The position numbers were made by a program, and so were the translations under genes. Below the pieces are notes generated by a model. The model had not been told where the DNA came from. It worked only from the letters and a program-made list of their open reading frames with translations, and made no database searches. A stretch of 42,490 nucleotides of DNA from Candidatus Zixiibacteriota bacterium (lineage in GTDB: Bacteria > Zixibacteria > MSB-5A5 > UBA10806 > 4484-95), in assembly GCA_029932605.1 (NCBI GenBank), contig JAOZPT010000003.1:1-42490 (forward strand). The letters run 5' to 3'. Shown piece after piece: positions 19,901 to 28,843 of this stretch (within the stretch, counting starts at the first letter, position 1; the number at the start of each line of letters is the position of its first letter).

Positions 19901-19990
19901 TGATGAGGCCAGATCTAAAGCAGCTTGAATACCGGTGATACCCCCACCTATTACTAAAACCCCTTTTTCTCTTTTTACCTGTTGGGGCAT
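16925..19990 (-). CDS. hdrA: Selenocysteine-containing tandem (double-module) HdrA, about 1021 aa
   Basis: ORFs 19805-19990 and 16925-19789 are in frame across TGA 19805-19807: ...[27 protein letters not shown]... Two FAD motifs (GGGITG, GGGVAG), two 'CVGSR...CSRFCC' motifs, an internal '[10 protein letters not shown]' domain, one ferredoxin insert and one C-terminal ferredoxin. Confidence 0.9.
19764..19804 (-). promoter_or_regulatory. Bacterial SECIS-like hairpin 3' of UGA in tandem hdrA
   Basis: Upper stem GAUGCC-[GGUC]-GGCAUC with the loop starting 27 nt after UGA. Possible lower pairing UGGG/CCCA. Confidence 0.75.
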
Positions 19991-20035
19991 AATGTAATCC
20001 TCAACGAACGATATAATGCAAAACTATCCTATAAT

Positions 20036-20599
20036 CTATGCTGTGGCCTTGACTTTTTTCTTTACCTGGAGGCCGTATTCATATCCCTTATCGAAAGCTT
20101 TAAGATTTAACTCTTGAGTTCCAGGCGGGACAGAGGTTTCAACACCCTGGCGCAGTGCCTCTTTTGGTATCAACCCGGTGACGGCGCCGAAAAATCCCAA
20201 CATGACGATATTTAAAACGATCTTGCGTCCAAGTTCTTCAGCGAAACGTGTAGCCGGTATGCCGTAAGTTTTAACCTTGGGTCCATGTTTTTCCAGTGTG
20301 ACAAGGTCATTATCGTAAACAATTATACAATCATCAGCGATGTTATCTTTATGTGTTTTATAACCGTCCCTGGACAAAGCCACCAATATTTGGGGAGAAG
20401 TAACATAGGGATATAATACTCTGTCGTCTGAAACTACTACCTGAGCACTGCAGGCGCTCCCCCGTGCCTCCGGCCCGAAACTCTGTGTAAGTGTAGCATT
20501 CTGGTTATTATATATGGAGGCAGCTTTGCCTATAATGTAACCGCAGAGAATAATTCCCTGCCCTCCGAATCCGGTAATTCTAATCTCTGTTGTGGCCAT
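20036..20599 (-). CDS. korC: 2-oxoacid:ferredoxin oxidoreductase gamma subunit
   Basis: 'EIRITGFGGQGIILCG', 'QSFGPEARGSACSAQVVVS', 'NIVMLG'. ATG at 20599 with a GGAGG SD. Confidence 0.88.
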   Translation of the reverse strand: MATTEIRITGFGGQGIILCGYIIGKAASIYNNQNATLTQSFGPEARGSACSAQVVVSDDRVLYPYVTSPQILVALSRDGYKTHKDNIADDCIIVYDNDLVTLEKHGPKVKTYGIPATRFAEELGRKIVLNIVMLGFFGAVTGLIPKEALRQGVETSVPPGTQELNLKAFDKGYEYGLQVKKKVKATA

Positions 20600-21467
20600 T
20601 ACCGCCTCCGTATATTTTGTATTTATCGCCAAAAACTTCTTTGTTTCTATTATTCAGGCAATCTAAAAAAGTTGGCTTTTCAATATCCACAAATTTACCC
20701 ACCGTGATTTTCGACTGATATTCGATATCGATATCCTTTGGGTCTGCACCATGTTTGATAATACTGTTATCATGATAAAATTTCATCAGGTCGAGGCCAT
20801 CACCAAGTTTGTTAAGGCGGGCATATAGAGTTGAACAGGGAGCGATAACCTCGACAAATGAAAAACCTCTCTTACTGATAGCTTCTTTGAAAGCGGTGGT
20901 CAGACGCCGGATATGCAGAGCTGTCCAGCGAGCCACATATACCGCTCCCGAGGATGCTGCCAGAAGAGGAAGATTAAAAGGATGTTCATAATTACCGTAG
21001 GGTGAGGTCGATGACTTGGCAGTAAGTGGTGTGGTTGGAGCAACCTGGCCACCAGTCATGGCATAGATGAAGTTATTGACGCAGATGACGGTGATATCGA
21101 CGTTGCGCCTGGCGGTGTGGATGAAATGGTTACCGCCAATGGAGATTAAATCCCCGTCTCCGGAGAAGACTATGACCTTCATATCCGGACGGGCAACATG
21201 TAAACCAAAAGCAAATGGAATTGCCCGACCATGAGTTGTGTGGAACGAGTCAAGCTTCATATATCCGGCCACGCGTCCAGTACAACCAATCCCTGAAACC
21301 ACAGCTACGTTATCTAAGTCTAACTCCAGCTGTTCAAGGGCAACTGCTAGGGCTGTCACTGTGGTTCCAATTCCGCAGGTGGGGCACCATATATGCGGAA
21401 TGCGGTCCATCCGGAGAAGTTTCTCCATCGGATGTTCCTGTTTTTGTTGAGCTACTTCAGTAATCAT
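20580..21467 (-). CDS. korB: 2-oxoacid:ferredoxin oxidoreductase beta (TPP-binding) subunit
   Basis: 'HIWCPTCG', 'SGIGCTGR', 'HTTHGRA', 'SGDGD...IGGNH', 'NNFIYAMTGGQVAPTTP'. Confidence 0.92.
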   Translation of the reverse strand: MITEVAQQKQEHPMEKLLRMDRIPHIWCPTCGIGTTVTALAVALEQLELDLDNVAVVSGIGCTGRVAGYMKLDSFHTTHGRAIPFAFGLHVARPDMKVIVFSGDGDLISIGGNHFIHTARRNVDITVICVNNFIYAMTGGQVAPTTPLTAKSSTSPYGNYEHPFNLPLLAASSGAVYVARWTALHIRRLTTAFKEAISKRGFSFVEVIAPCSTLYARLNKLGDGLDLMKFYHDNSIIKHGADPKDIDIEYQSKITVGKFVDIEKPTFLDCLNNRNKEVFGDKYKIYGGGNGHNRD

Positions 21468-22621
21468 TTGACAGCTTCCTTTATAGTTTTGTACACATCT
21501 TCCGGGTTATGGACGGTTCCACCGGCATGACCGACAAAGTAAGTCTGGCATTTTCCTGCAACACAGCGATCCATTTCTAGAAATACCTGACCATAGTTCA
21601 TCTCCACCATAATCAATGCCTTCACCTTATCCGCCAGCTCCTTAACCCGTTTCTCGGGAAAAGGCCAAACGGTAACCATCTTTATCATCCCTATTTTTAT
21701 GCCATCTTTCTTGGCTTTGGCAATAGCCGGCTGAACCACTCGGGAGGTTATACCATAAGCCATTACTACAATTTCAGCACCTTCAACATCCTTTTCCTCA
21801 AGCCATACTATATCATCAACGTTCTTTGTAACTTTGTCAATCAACCGGCGAACATTCCATTCTTGAGCTTCGTCATTTATAATAGGATAGCCTCTTTGGT
21901 CGTGAGTCAAACCGGTGACATGGAATTTATAACCTTTACCGACAGGTAGGAGTGGAGATAACAGGTTTTTCGTATCTTCGTACGGCCAGGCCTCGCCAGG
22001 CTTCTTGTCAGTATAGTTGCGTTCAACTAGTTCGATCTCCTCGGCCGGAGGGATGATTACTTTTTCGGTCATATGCCCGACACATTCATCGGTCATTACA
22101 AGCACTGGCATCCGGTATTTTTCGGAGAGGTTGAATGCATGTATAACCAACTCAAACGATTCCTGTGGTGAATCAGGCGCAAGAGCAATTACTTCGTAAT
22201 CGCCATGTGAACCCCAACGGGCTTGCATCATGTCAGCCTGGCCAGGGAGAGTGGGCAGGCCGGTTGATGGACCACCGCGCTGGACATTTACAAGCACACA
22301 TGGCGTCTCCAACATTATCCCCAATCCGAAATTCTCCATCATCAAGGAAAATCCAGGACCTGAAGTGCAGGTCATAGATTTTACACCACCCCACGCAGCC
22401 CCCAGTATCGCCCCCATACTTGCCAGTTCATCTTCCATCTGCACAAAAACGCCCCCAACAAGAGGAAACCTTCGTGAAACCCTCTCGGCGATCTCGGTAG
22501 ATGGCGTAATTGGGTAACCACCGAAAAATTTACATCCGGCGGCAATGGCACCCTCGGCACAAGCATGATTACCATCAAGATAATGAGAGCCGACAAGAAC
22601 ATTCTTTGGATCAGCTTTCAA
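21464..22621 (-). CDS. korA: 2-oxoacid:ferredoxin oxidoreductase alpha subunit
   Basis: 'GYPITPSTE', 'QMEDELAS', 'TSGPGFSLMME', 'QRGGPSTGLPT', 'QARWGSHGDY'. Likely TTG start at 22621, overlapping the korD TGA, with an AGGAGG SD. Confidence 0.92.
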   Translation of the reverse strand: MKADPKNVLVGSHYLDGNHACAEGAIAAGCKFFGGYPITPSTEIAERVSRRFPLVGGVFVQMEDELASMGAILGAAWGGVKSMTCTSGPGFSLMMENFGLGIMLETPCVLVNVQRGGPSTGLPTLPGQADMMQARWGSHGDYEVIALAPDSPQESFELVIHAFNLSEKYRMPVLVMTDECVGHMTEKVIIPPAEEIELVERNYTDKKPGEAWPYEDTKNLLSPLLPVGKGYKFHVTGLTHDQRGYPIINDEAQEWNVRRLIDKVTKNVDDIVWLEEKDVEGAEIVVMAYGITSRVVQPAIAKAKKDGIKIGMIKMVTVWPFPEKRVKELADKVKALIMVEMNYGQVFLEMDRCVAGKCQTYFVGHAGGTVHNPEDVYKTIKEAVK

Positions 22622-22899
22622 CTGGTTACCTCCTTTTCTACATCCTCCGCTCGTAAACAATAAATGGCAAAATCAGGGCAAAGCATCTCACAGAGATCAC
22701 AATTAACACACTCGTCAGGCTTAACTGCCACAGGAGGGTGATAACCTTTGCTATTGAACTCATCAGAGAGCTTAAGAACCCCTTTAGGGCAATACTCCAC
22801 ACAAAAACCGCACCCTTTACAACGCTCCTTAATTATATGGAGTTCACCTCTGGGAATTTTTATCTTGTCAATATCTAATGGGGTTCTCCAATATTTCAT
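22618..22899 (-). CDS. korD: 2-oxoacid:ferredoxin oxidoreductase delta subunit (2x[4Fe-4S] ferredoxin)
   Basis: 'CKGCGFCVEYCP' and 'CVNCDLCEMLCPDFAI'. ATG at 22899 with a GGAG SD. Confidence 0.88.
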   Translation of the reverse strand: MKYWRTPLDIDKIKIPRGELHIIKERCKGCGFCVEYCPKGVLKLSDEFNSKGYHPPVAVKPDECVNCDLCEMLCPDFAIYCLRAEDVEKEVTS

Positions 22900-22960
22900 A
22901 GAAAATCTCCGCTTTTGAGCCATCGGTAGAGGTTTAATTTTTACCAATCTACCATAATGG

Positions 22961-22978
22961 TTGTGAATTTTTTCTCAT
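22961..22978. promoter_or_regulatory. Rex-like operator overlapping the -35 of the kor-hdr operon promoter
   Basis: TTGTGAA-TTTT-TTCTCAT matches the Rex consensus TTGTGAA-N4-TTCACAA at 12/14 positions. On the minus strand it reads TTCACA-18 nt-(TGG)TAAAAT upstream of korD. Confidence 0.55.
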
Positions 22979-23370
22979 AAACACAAAAAATTCCCTTAGT
23001 AAGTATTATTGAATATGATTTTAAGAAATTCCCTCGAAGATCGATTAAGTAACTTTTCTATCACTTTATTAAAATCAAGAACTATTCCCTTAACCAGATT
23101 AACGTCCCAAAACACATTACCAACCAAACCTAAAGAATTTAATATATTCAAACATAAATGTCCAACAAAATTTGAAAAAATATTAAAGCCTGATATATAA
23201 TGTCCATACACAAAACCTTCTTAGTATATGCTACTTATGCACATAACAACATCTTGTTGTTTAACTCGGGCTATTGCTACTTTTTCTTTATTGCGTGCAA
23301 TTAGCAACGGTTGTATATTCTAAAGAGGAGATGGTTTACGGTCACAAAATTTTAATTGATATTTAAGAGA

Positions 23371-23940
23371 ATGGCTTTCCGGTACACTATAAGATTGTGC
23401 GGCGCTGGTGGTCAGGGGCTGATCCAGGCAGCACGGATATTAGCTGAAGCGGCAGCTATTTACGACAATAAAAACGCTGCCGAGAGTTGCTCCTATGGCC
23501 CCGAGGCTCGGGGAAATGCCAGTCGGGCTGAGGTGATTATTTCTGATGAAGCAATTGATTATCCGAAAGCCAAGGCTATTGATTTCTTAATGGCTATGAC
23601 ACAGGAAGCTTACGACAAATATATCAAGGACTTAAAGCCAGATGGTATTATTGTTGCAGATTCTTGTATTAAAAACCTTGGTAAAAGTAAAGAATATCGG
23701 GTTTTCTCAGTGCCATTCCTGGATATTGCTGAAAAAGAATGCGGCAACCTGTCGATGATAAATATAGTAGCCCTTGGGTTTTTCGCCGAGATCAATAGGG
23801 TTGTTGGGAAAAAATCTATACGGCAGGCGATTCTTGCACGGATTCCCAAGAAATCCGAGGATATTTATATAAAAGCGTATGAAGCTGGTTTAAGGATAGC
23901 CTCTCAACAACTTGATGAAAAAGGGGAAAAAAGAGGGTAA
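23371..23940 (+). CDS. Stand-alone second 2-oxoacid:acceptor oxidoreductase gamma-subunit paralog
   Basis: 'IRLCGAGGQGLIQAARILAEAA', 'SYGPEARGNASRAEVIIS', 'NIVALG'. Likely ATG at 23371. Confidence 0.85.
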   Translation: MAFRYTIRLCGAGGQGLIQAARILAEAAAIYDNKNAAESCSYGPEARGNASRAEVIISDEAIDYPKAKAIDFLMAMTQEAYDKYIKDLKPDGIIVADSCIKNLGKSKEYRVFSVPFLDIAEKECGNLSMINIVALGFFAEINRVVGKKSIRQAILARIPKKSEDIYIKAYEAGLRIASQQLDEKGEKRG

Positions 23941-24051
23941 TATACACGTAATCGACTATGAAAACAGAAACCATAGTTTACACAATAAAGTTTATATCGA
24001 TTAGATTTATTCGGAATTCTTTTTTATCTCGTTAACGGTGGATCGTATTGC

Positions 24052-27006
24052 ATGAAAGATCAATTGACACGTTTAACCGAGAGAACCGCCGCCTTAGGTA
24101 ACTACAACCGTAAGTATCTTTATATCATATCATCCAATATAGACAAATTAACCGCCGCCCTTGAGCAACACGGTAAACGTGATATGGTACATTTATGGAG
24201 TTATTCAACGGAGATACCCGGTGAGATGGATACGGTGCTGGAGGTCTCTACTGATACTCACGAGAGATTAGATTTCCTTGGTTGCTATTACGCTATCCAG
24301 TTTTTACAAATAAACTTGCACATGGTGGATATCGTCAAGTTGGAGCTTGCTTCAAGTTCGGAACGCTGGCGAACCGGTAAGAGGTTGATGCTTGAGGCTG
24401 GCCGGATGTTTCGAAATCTAACCAAATGCTATATGGAACGTTTGTTAGATATATTCCTTGATAAAAAAAATGCACCGGAATTTGTTATATTGGGAGTTGG
24501 CACGCGGGCTGACCAGGATGATATCGATTTGGGAATTGTTTATCGTGAACCTGGAGATTCCGACGCCCTTAACCGTGCCATCGGACGGCTTTCAAGCGAA
24601 ATGTTTAAGAAGGCAACACGCTTACATTTCCATCTTTCTGAACATGTTGGCCATCATAACCTTGCTGCCACCATTGAAGAATATGAGGAAATTTTGGAAA
24701 AAGGTATATACGATTTTGTCATAATCACCGAAATGCTTGGAGCAGCTACGATTCTCGGAAGTAGTTCCCTTTTTGAGGAGTTTAAAAATAGAGTGACAAA
24801 CTGTTTTTATTATAATACACGAAATAAGGAGAATCGTTACCATGAGGGTTATCTACGCGGTATACTTGGTGAAATCCATTCTCTTTTGACCCAAATGAAA
24901 CCGCCGGAGACGATAAATCCCAAAGATGATGCACTTCGGCCAATAAAAAGCCTGCTCTCAGCACTCAAACTTGTTTATGGTATTCATAAGGTAAATGCCT
25001 GGAATATAATAGATGACCTCAAGGTAAAAAATCCGCAGAGGGAACAGCAATATAACAATCTCGAACAGGCTCTCAGCTTCTTCGAATTGTTTCGGCACCT
25101 CTATCAGATAATGGTTGCCCAGGATGAAGACATTAGTTTGAACGAGCCGGGAATTGAGGACATGGTATCTACCATTGCCGAGATGATCGGTTTTGAGAAA
25201 AAAGGTGTGGTGACAGCTAAGGATTTCATGCTGGTGAACTATTACGAATTCCTTGAGAGAAGTATCCATGATATCGAGGTATTAACAGGTGATTTGAAGA
25301 AGCATCTTCATGAGGTCAGTATATTCAAACCGATTTATTCCGGGGATATCTATAAGTCGGTTGGTTATAAAGGGAATCTGGCGTTTGATTTTATACGGGC
25401 ATCGAGGTTTTTCAAAGGGACGACCTACTGGGATGATTTCCTAGAGAAATTAAGTGGAGAAAATGGTACTTTTTACAATGAGTTTATATCAAGTTTTAAT
25501 AAACTGTCTGTTAAGATGCGCCGTATTATCGGCCTAGGCTATGTTGCTGGAATCAAATACGAAATGACATCTGTCTTGCGATTTCTGGTTATCCTTGGGG
25601 AAAAAGCCAAGACCGATGAAGCCAAAGATACGTTTAACCTTCTCAGCCGGTTGCTCGTCGAGCAAATGGTCAAACTCCCGGGCATTTCAACCTCTCTGGC
25701 ACAAATAGTTTACGCTTATCCGGGGTTACTTAACAGCTTTTTAACACTTATTGATTGGGAAACTCTTGATAAATTTATGAAGATTGCCCGCATAAAACCA
25801 GCTATGCCGGAGCTTATCTCATTTCATAATCAACTCTTGGCACTGGGAAACATACATTACCAGAGCAGCCAGTTTTTTAAACGGCATTTCCGACCGGTTT
25901 TGAAAAAGAACCCCGCTTTCATCAAAAACCTTCATAACAATGATAAGCTTAAAGAAATTGCAGCCGGTCTTTACAGCGACCTGACTACTCTGCCCTCGTT
26001 GCGTCAACGTATCGAACAACTCGGTGATTATTACGACCTTGAATTTGTACGGGTAAGTTTATTGGCTATGAAGGGAGCTCCATGTGAGCTTACCGACGCT
26101 GAATTTACTGAATTTTGTGATAATTACACTAATACCTTGTATGGTTTCTGCCATCAGGATGTTCACCTTTCGTTGGGGTATTCCATGCACACACACGACC
26201 TTTTTGCCCTTTACGCCACCGGTGGCCATGCCCGTGAACAGGGTTTCGACGACGACTATGATATGATCGTCATCCTCGATTCATCTGATCCGGATGAAAT
26301 CGATTATTGCAACAAAATAGTGGGCAAGATGAATTCCGAGATACTTAAAAGAGGGATACTCCCTCATCACAGGTTCGCTGACCATTTCGGTAGTTACGTT
26401 GTGAGCTTTGCCCAGCTGAGTGATCATCTGGGCAGTCAGGACGAGGAGATTTTCATTGACCAATCCCAGATATTGAGTTCGAGAATGCTTGTGGGAAGCA
26501 GTAAGCTTGAGCAGAAACTCCAGCAGGAAATAATAAGCCCACACATCTTTTCACGTGGTCGGGAATATATCGACTATATGGTAGAGGAGATGCGATCACG
26601 CCATACCGAGACAGGTGGTGAACATTGCAACGACATTAAAGAGTGTTGCGGTGGTTTGCGCGATATTGAGATGTTGCTTTTAATGTATAAGGCAAAACAT
26701 AGAGTTCGCGATCCACTGTCGAGAAAATTCCTTCACCGGCTGGCCGAATTGGAGCCACGATATGCTGAGGAATTCAGGTATATAGAGAAACATTTAAACT
26801 TCATAAAAAACCTGCGCGACATTTATCGACTCAAAGTAGCCGCTCATAACGTCATCAATCGTGAGTACTTACCCTCGGTAGCCGCCAGTATGGGATATGG
26901 CGATGATGATAAAGCTGGAGAAAGTTTATATAACCACTTTTTAACTAATACCGAAAAAGCATGGAAAATTATCAATCAGCTGGTTGAGAATATAAAAATA
27001 AAGTAG
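24052..27006 (+). CDS. Tandem Pol-beta-type nucleotidyltransferase, GlnE/GlnD/DUF294-like
   Basis: 984 aa. Module 1: 'VILGVGTRADQDDIDLGIV' plus 'INPKDDALRPI'. Module 2: 'LYATGGHAREQGFDDDYDMIVIL' plus 'DIKECCGGLRDIE'. No HD or ACT domains recognised. Confidence 0.65.
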   Translation: MKDQLTRLTERTAALGNYNRKYLYIISSNIDKLTAALEQHGKRDMVHLWSYSTEIPGEMDTVLEVSTDTHERLDFLGCYYAIQFLQINLHMVDIVKLELASSSERWRTGKRLMLEAGRMFRNLTKCYMERLLDIFLDKKNAPEFVILGVGTRADQDDIDLGIVYREPGDSDALNRAIGRLSSEMFKKATRLHFHLSEHVGHHNLAATIEEYEEILEKGIYDFVIITEMLGAATILGSSSLFEEFKNRVTNCFYYNTRNKENRYHEGYLRGILGEIHSLLTQMKPPETINPKDDALRPIKSLLSALKLVYGIHKVNAWNIIDDLKVKNPQREQQYNNLEQALSFFELFRHLYQIMVAQDEDISLNEPGIEDMVSTIAEMIGFEKKGVVTAKDFMLVNYYEFLERSIHDIEVLTGDLKKHLHEVSIFKPIYSGDIYKSVGYKGNLAFDFIRASRFFKGTTYWDDFLEKLSGENGTFYNEFISSFNKLSVKMRRIIGLGYVAGIKYEMTSVLRFLVILGEKAKTDEAKDTFNLLSRLLVEQMVKLPGISTSLAQIVYAYPGLLNSFLTLIDWETLDKFMKIARIKPAMPELISFHNQLLALGNIHYQSSQFFKRHFRPVLKKNPAFIKNLHNNDKLKEIAAGLYSDLTTLPSLRQRIEQLGDYYDLEFVRVSLLAMKGAPCELTDAEFTEFCDNYTNTLYGFCHQDVHLSLGYSMHTHDLFALYATGGHAREQGFDDDYDMIVILDSSDPDEIDYCNKIVGKMNSEILKRGILPHHRFADHFGSYVVSFAQLSDHLGSQDEEIFIDQSQILSSRMLVGSSKLEQKLQQEIISPHIFSRGREYIDYMVEEMRSRHTETGGEHCNDIKECCGGLRDIEMLLLMYKAKHRVRDPLSRKFLHRLAELEPRYAEEFRYIEKHLNFIKNLRDIYRLKVAAHNVINREYLPSVAASMGYGDDDKAGESLYNHFLTNTEKAWKIINQLVENIKIK

Positions 27007-27051
27007 CTGAAAACCTCTACTGCTTTGAACTTAGTTTATTGTCCAATAACA

Positions 27052-27072
27052 GCAGACCCCTTTGGGGATTGC
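27052..27072. terminator. Possible hairpin terminator between converging genes
   Basis: GCAGACCCC-TTT-GGGGATTGC imperfect stem in the 103-nt gap between converging stops. Confidence 0.3.
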
Positions 27073-27109
27073 CGAGTTAATAAAAAAATACGTTCTTTTT
27101 GTAACCAAC

Positions 27110-28843
27110 TCACTTGTTTTGGCCTTTTTCTATCTTGGCCCAGGTATCGCGCAACGATACAGTGCGGTTAAACACAAGTTGTCCTTTGGTGGAATCGGGG
27201 TCAACACAGAAATAGCCATGCCTTAAAAACTGGTAATGGCTTCCCGGTGTTGCACCTGCTAAACTTGGTTCAACCCGACAGGACTTCAACGTTTCCAGCG
27301 AGTTGGGATTCAAACAGGCTTTAAAATCTTTATCCTCATCCGGGTTTTCTCTGGTGAAAAGACGTTCGTATAAACGAACTTCAGCTGGCAAGCAATGTTT
27401 TGCTGAAACCCAATGCAGTGTGCCTTTGACCTTGCGCCCATTCTGAGCCGAACCGCTTTTAGTTTTCGGGTCATAAGTGCAATGAAGCTCAACGATCTCA
27501 CCGGTTTTATCATCCTTAATCACCTGTTCACATTGTATAAAATAGGCATGCTTCAGACGCACCTCACGGCCGGGCGCCAAACGGAAAAACTTTTTGGGTG
27601 GATCCTCACGAAAATCCTCACGCTCGATATAAATCGTTCGCGAGAAAGGGATCTTACGCGAACCAGCATCAGGATCCTCGGGATTGTTGATAGCTTCCAA
27701 TTCCTCGGTTTGGTTTTCGGGATAATTGTCTATAATTACTCGAAGAGGGTGCAGGACCGCCATAACGCGAAGAGCCCGCTTGTTTAAATCCTGACGAAGG
27801 CAATGTTCGAGCAAAGCTATATCTACCATGCTATCTTTCTTGGCCACACCTATACGCTCAGAAAAATTACGTATAGACTCTGGTGTGTAGCCACGTCGGC
27901 GTAATCCCGATATAGTGGGCATCCGTGGATCATCCCATCCGCTAACATACCCCTCTTCTACCAGTTGCAGAAGCTTCCGCTTGCTCATGATGGTATAGCT
28001 TAGGTTAAGTCGGGCAAACTCAATCTGCTGGGGATGAAATACTTTCAACTCATCAAGGAACCAATCGTATAAAGGCCGGTGATCTTCAAATTCCAGTGTG
28101 CATATAGAATGTGTAATTCCTTCGATTGAATCCGAAAGGCAATGAGTGAAATCATACATTGGATAAACACACCATTTATCGCCTGTCCTGTGATGAGTTG
28201 CTCGTAATATACGATAGATAACAGGATCCCGCATATTCAAGTTGCCAGAGGCCATATCAATTTTAGCCCGAAGCACCCGTGAACCATCGCCAAACTCACC
28301 TGCCCGCATACGCTCGAATAGATCCAGATTCTCCTTCACCGAACGGTCACGATAGGGGCTGTTTTTGCCTGGCTCTTTCAGCGTACCTCGATACTCCCTG
28401 ATTTCATCAGGGCTCAGGTCGCAGACATAAGCTTTACCCTTTTTGATTAATTGCACAGCGTATTGATATAGCTGGTCAAAGTAGTCGGAGGCATAATACA
28501 GTCGATCCCCCCAATCAAATCCAAGCCATCGAACATCTTCCTTGATAGATTCAACATATTCAACCTCCTCCTTGGTTGGATTTGTATCGTCAAACCGCAA
28601 GTTGCAAAGACCTCCGTATTCAGCAGCCAAGCCAAAATTAAGACAGATGGATTTTGCATGTCCTATGTGCAGATAACCGTTCGGTTCCGGTGGAAACCGC
28701 GTATGCACACGACCGTTGTTCTTTTTCGCTTTCACATCTTCCTCGATGATATTACGTATAAAGTTGGAAGGAGAAGATGAAGTGCTTGTGCTCAAACTCG
28801 CGCTTCCTTTTTTATTCCTTTTTTTATTGTCTGGTTTTTCCAC
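27110..28843 (-). CDS. glnS: Glutamine--tRNA ligase
   Basis: '[19 protein letters not shown]', 'RFDDTNP', 'MSKRKL', 'WDDPRMPT', '[12 protein letters not shown]'. The start codon is uncertain because of a Lys/Ser-rich N-terminal extension. Confidence 0.96.
   Translation of the reverse strand: MEKPDNKKRNKKGSASLSTSTSSSPSNFIRNIIEEDVKAKKNNGRVHTRFPPEPNGYLHIGHAKSICLNFGLAAEYGGLCNLRFDDTNPTKEEVEYVESIKEDVRWLGFDWGDRLYYASDYFDQLYQYAVQLIKKGKAYVCDLSPDEIREYRGTLKEPGKNSPYRDRSVKENLDLFERMRAGEFGDGSRVLRAKIDMASGNLNMRDPVIYRILRATHHRTGDKWCVYPMYDFTHCLSDSIEGITHSICTLEFEDHRPLYDWFLDELKVFHPQQIEFARLNLSYTIMSKRKLLQLVEEGYVSGWDDPRMPTISGLRRRGYTPESIRNFSERIGVAKKDSMVDIALLEHCLRQDLNKRALRVMAVLHPLRVIIDNYPENQTEELEAINNPEDPDAGSRKIPFSRTIYIEREDFREDPPKKFFRLAPGREVRLKHAYFIQCEQVIKDDKTGEIVELHCTYDPKTKSGSAQNGRKVKGTLHWVSAKHCLPAEVRLYERLFTRENPDEDKDFKACLNPNSLETLKSCRVEPSLAGATPGSHYQFLRHGYFCVDPDSTKGQLVFNRTVSLRDTWAKIEKGQNK

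Noticed and set aside
14619..19990. Treating the ORFs 14619-15251 and 19805-19990 as separate small genes or hdrA pseudogenes
   Set aside because: Both end in TGA at the same conserved Cys position, continue in frame and have SECIS-like hairpins. Sec recoding explains them better.
22996..23211. Short ORFs in the AT-rich divergent promoter region
   Set aside because: Low-complexity Asn/Lys/Ile-rich translations on both strands with no SD. More likely regulatory DNA.
24052..27006. Calling the 984-aa protein an anti-phage nucleotidyltransferase (CBASS/CD-NTase or toxin-antitoxin MNT)
   Set aside because: Its motifs (K..GGLRDIE) and tandem layout fit the GlnD/GlnE branch, and no effector, HEPN or Cap genes are adjacent.
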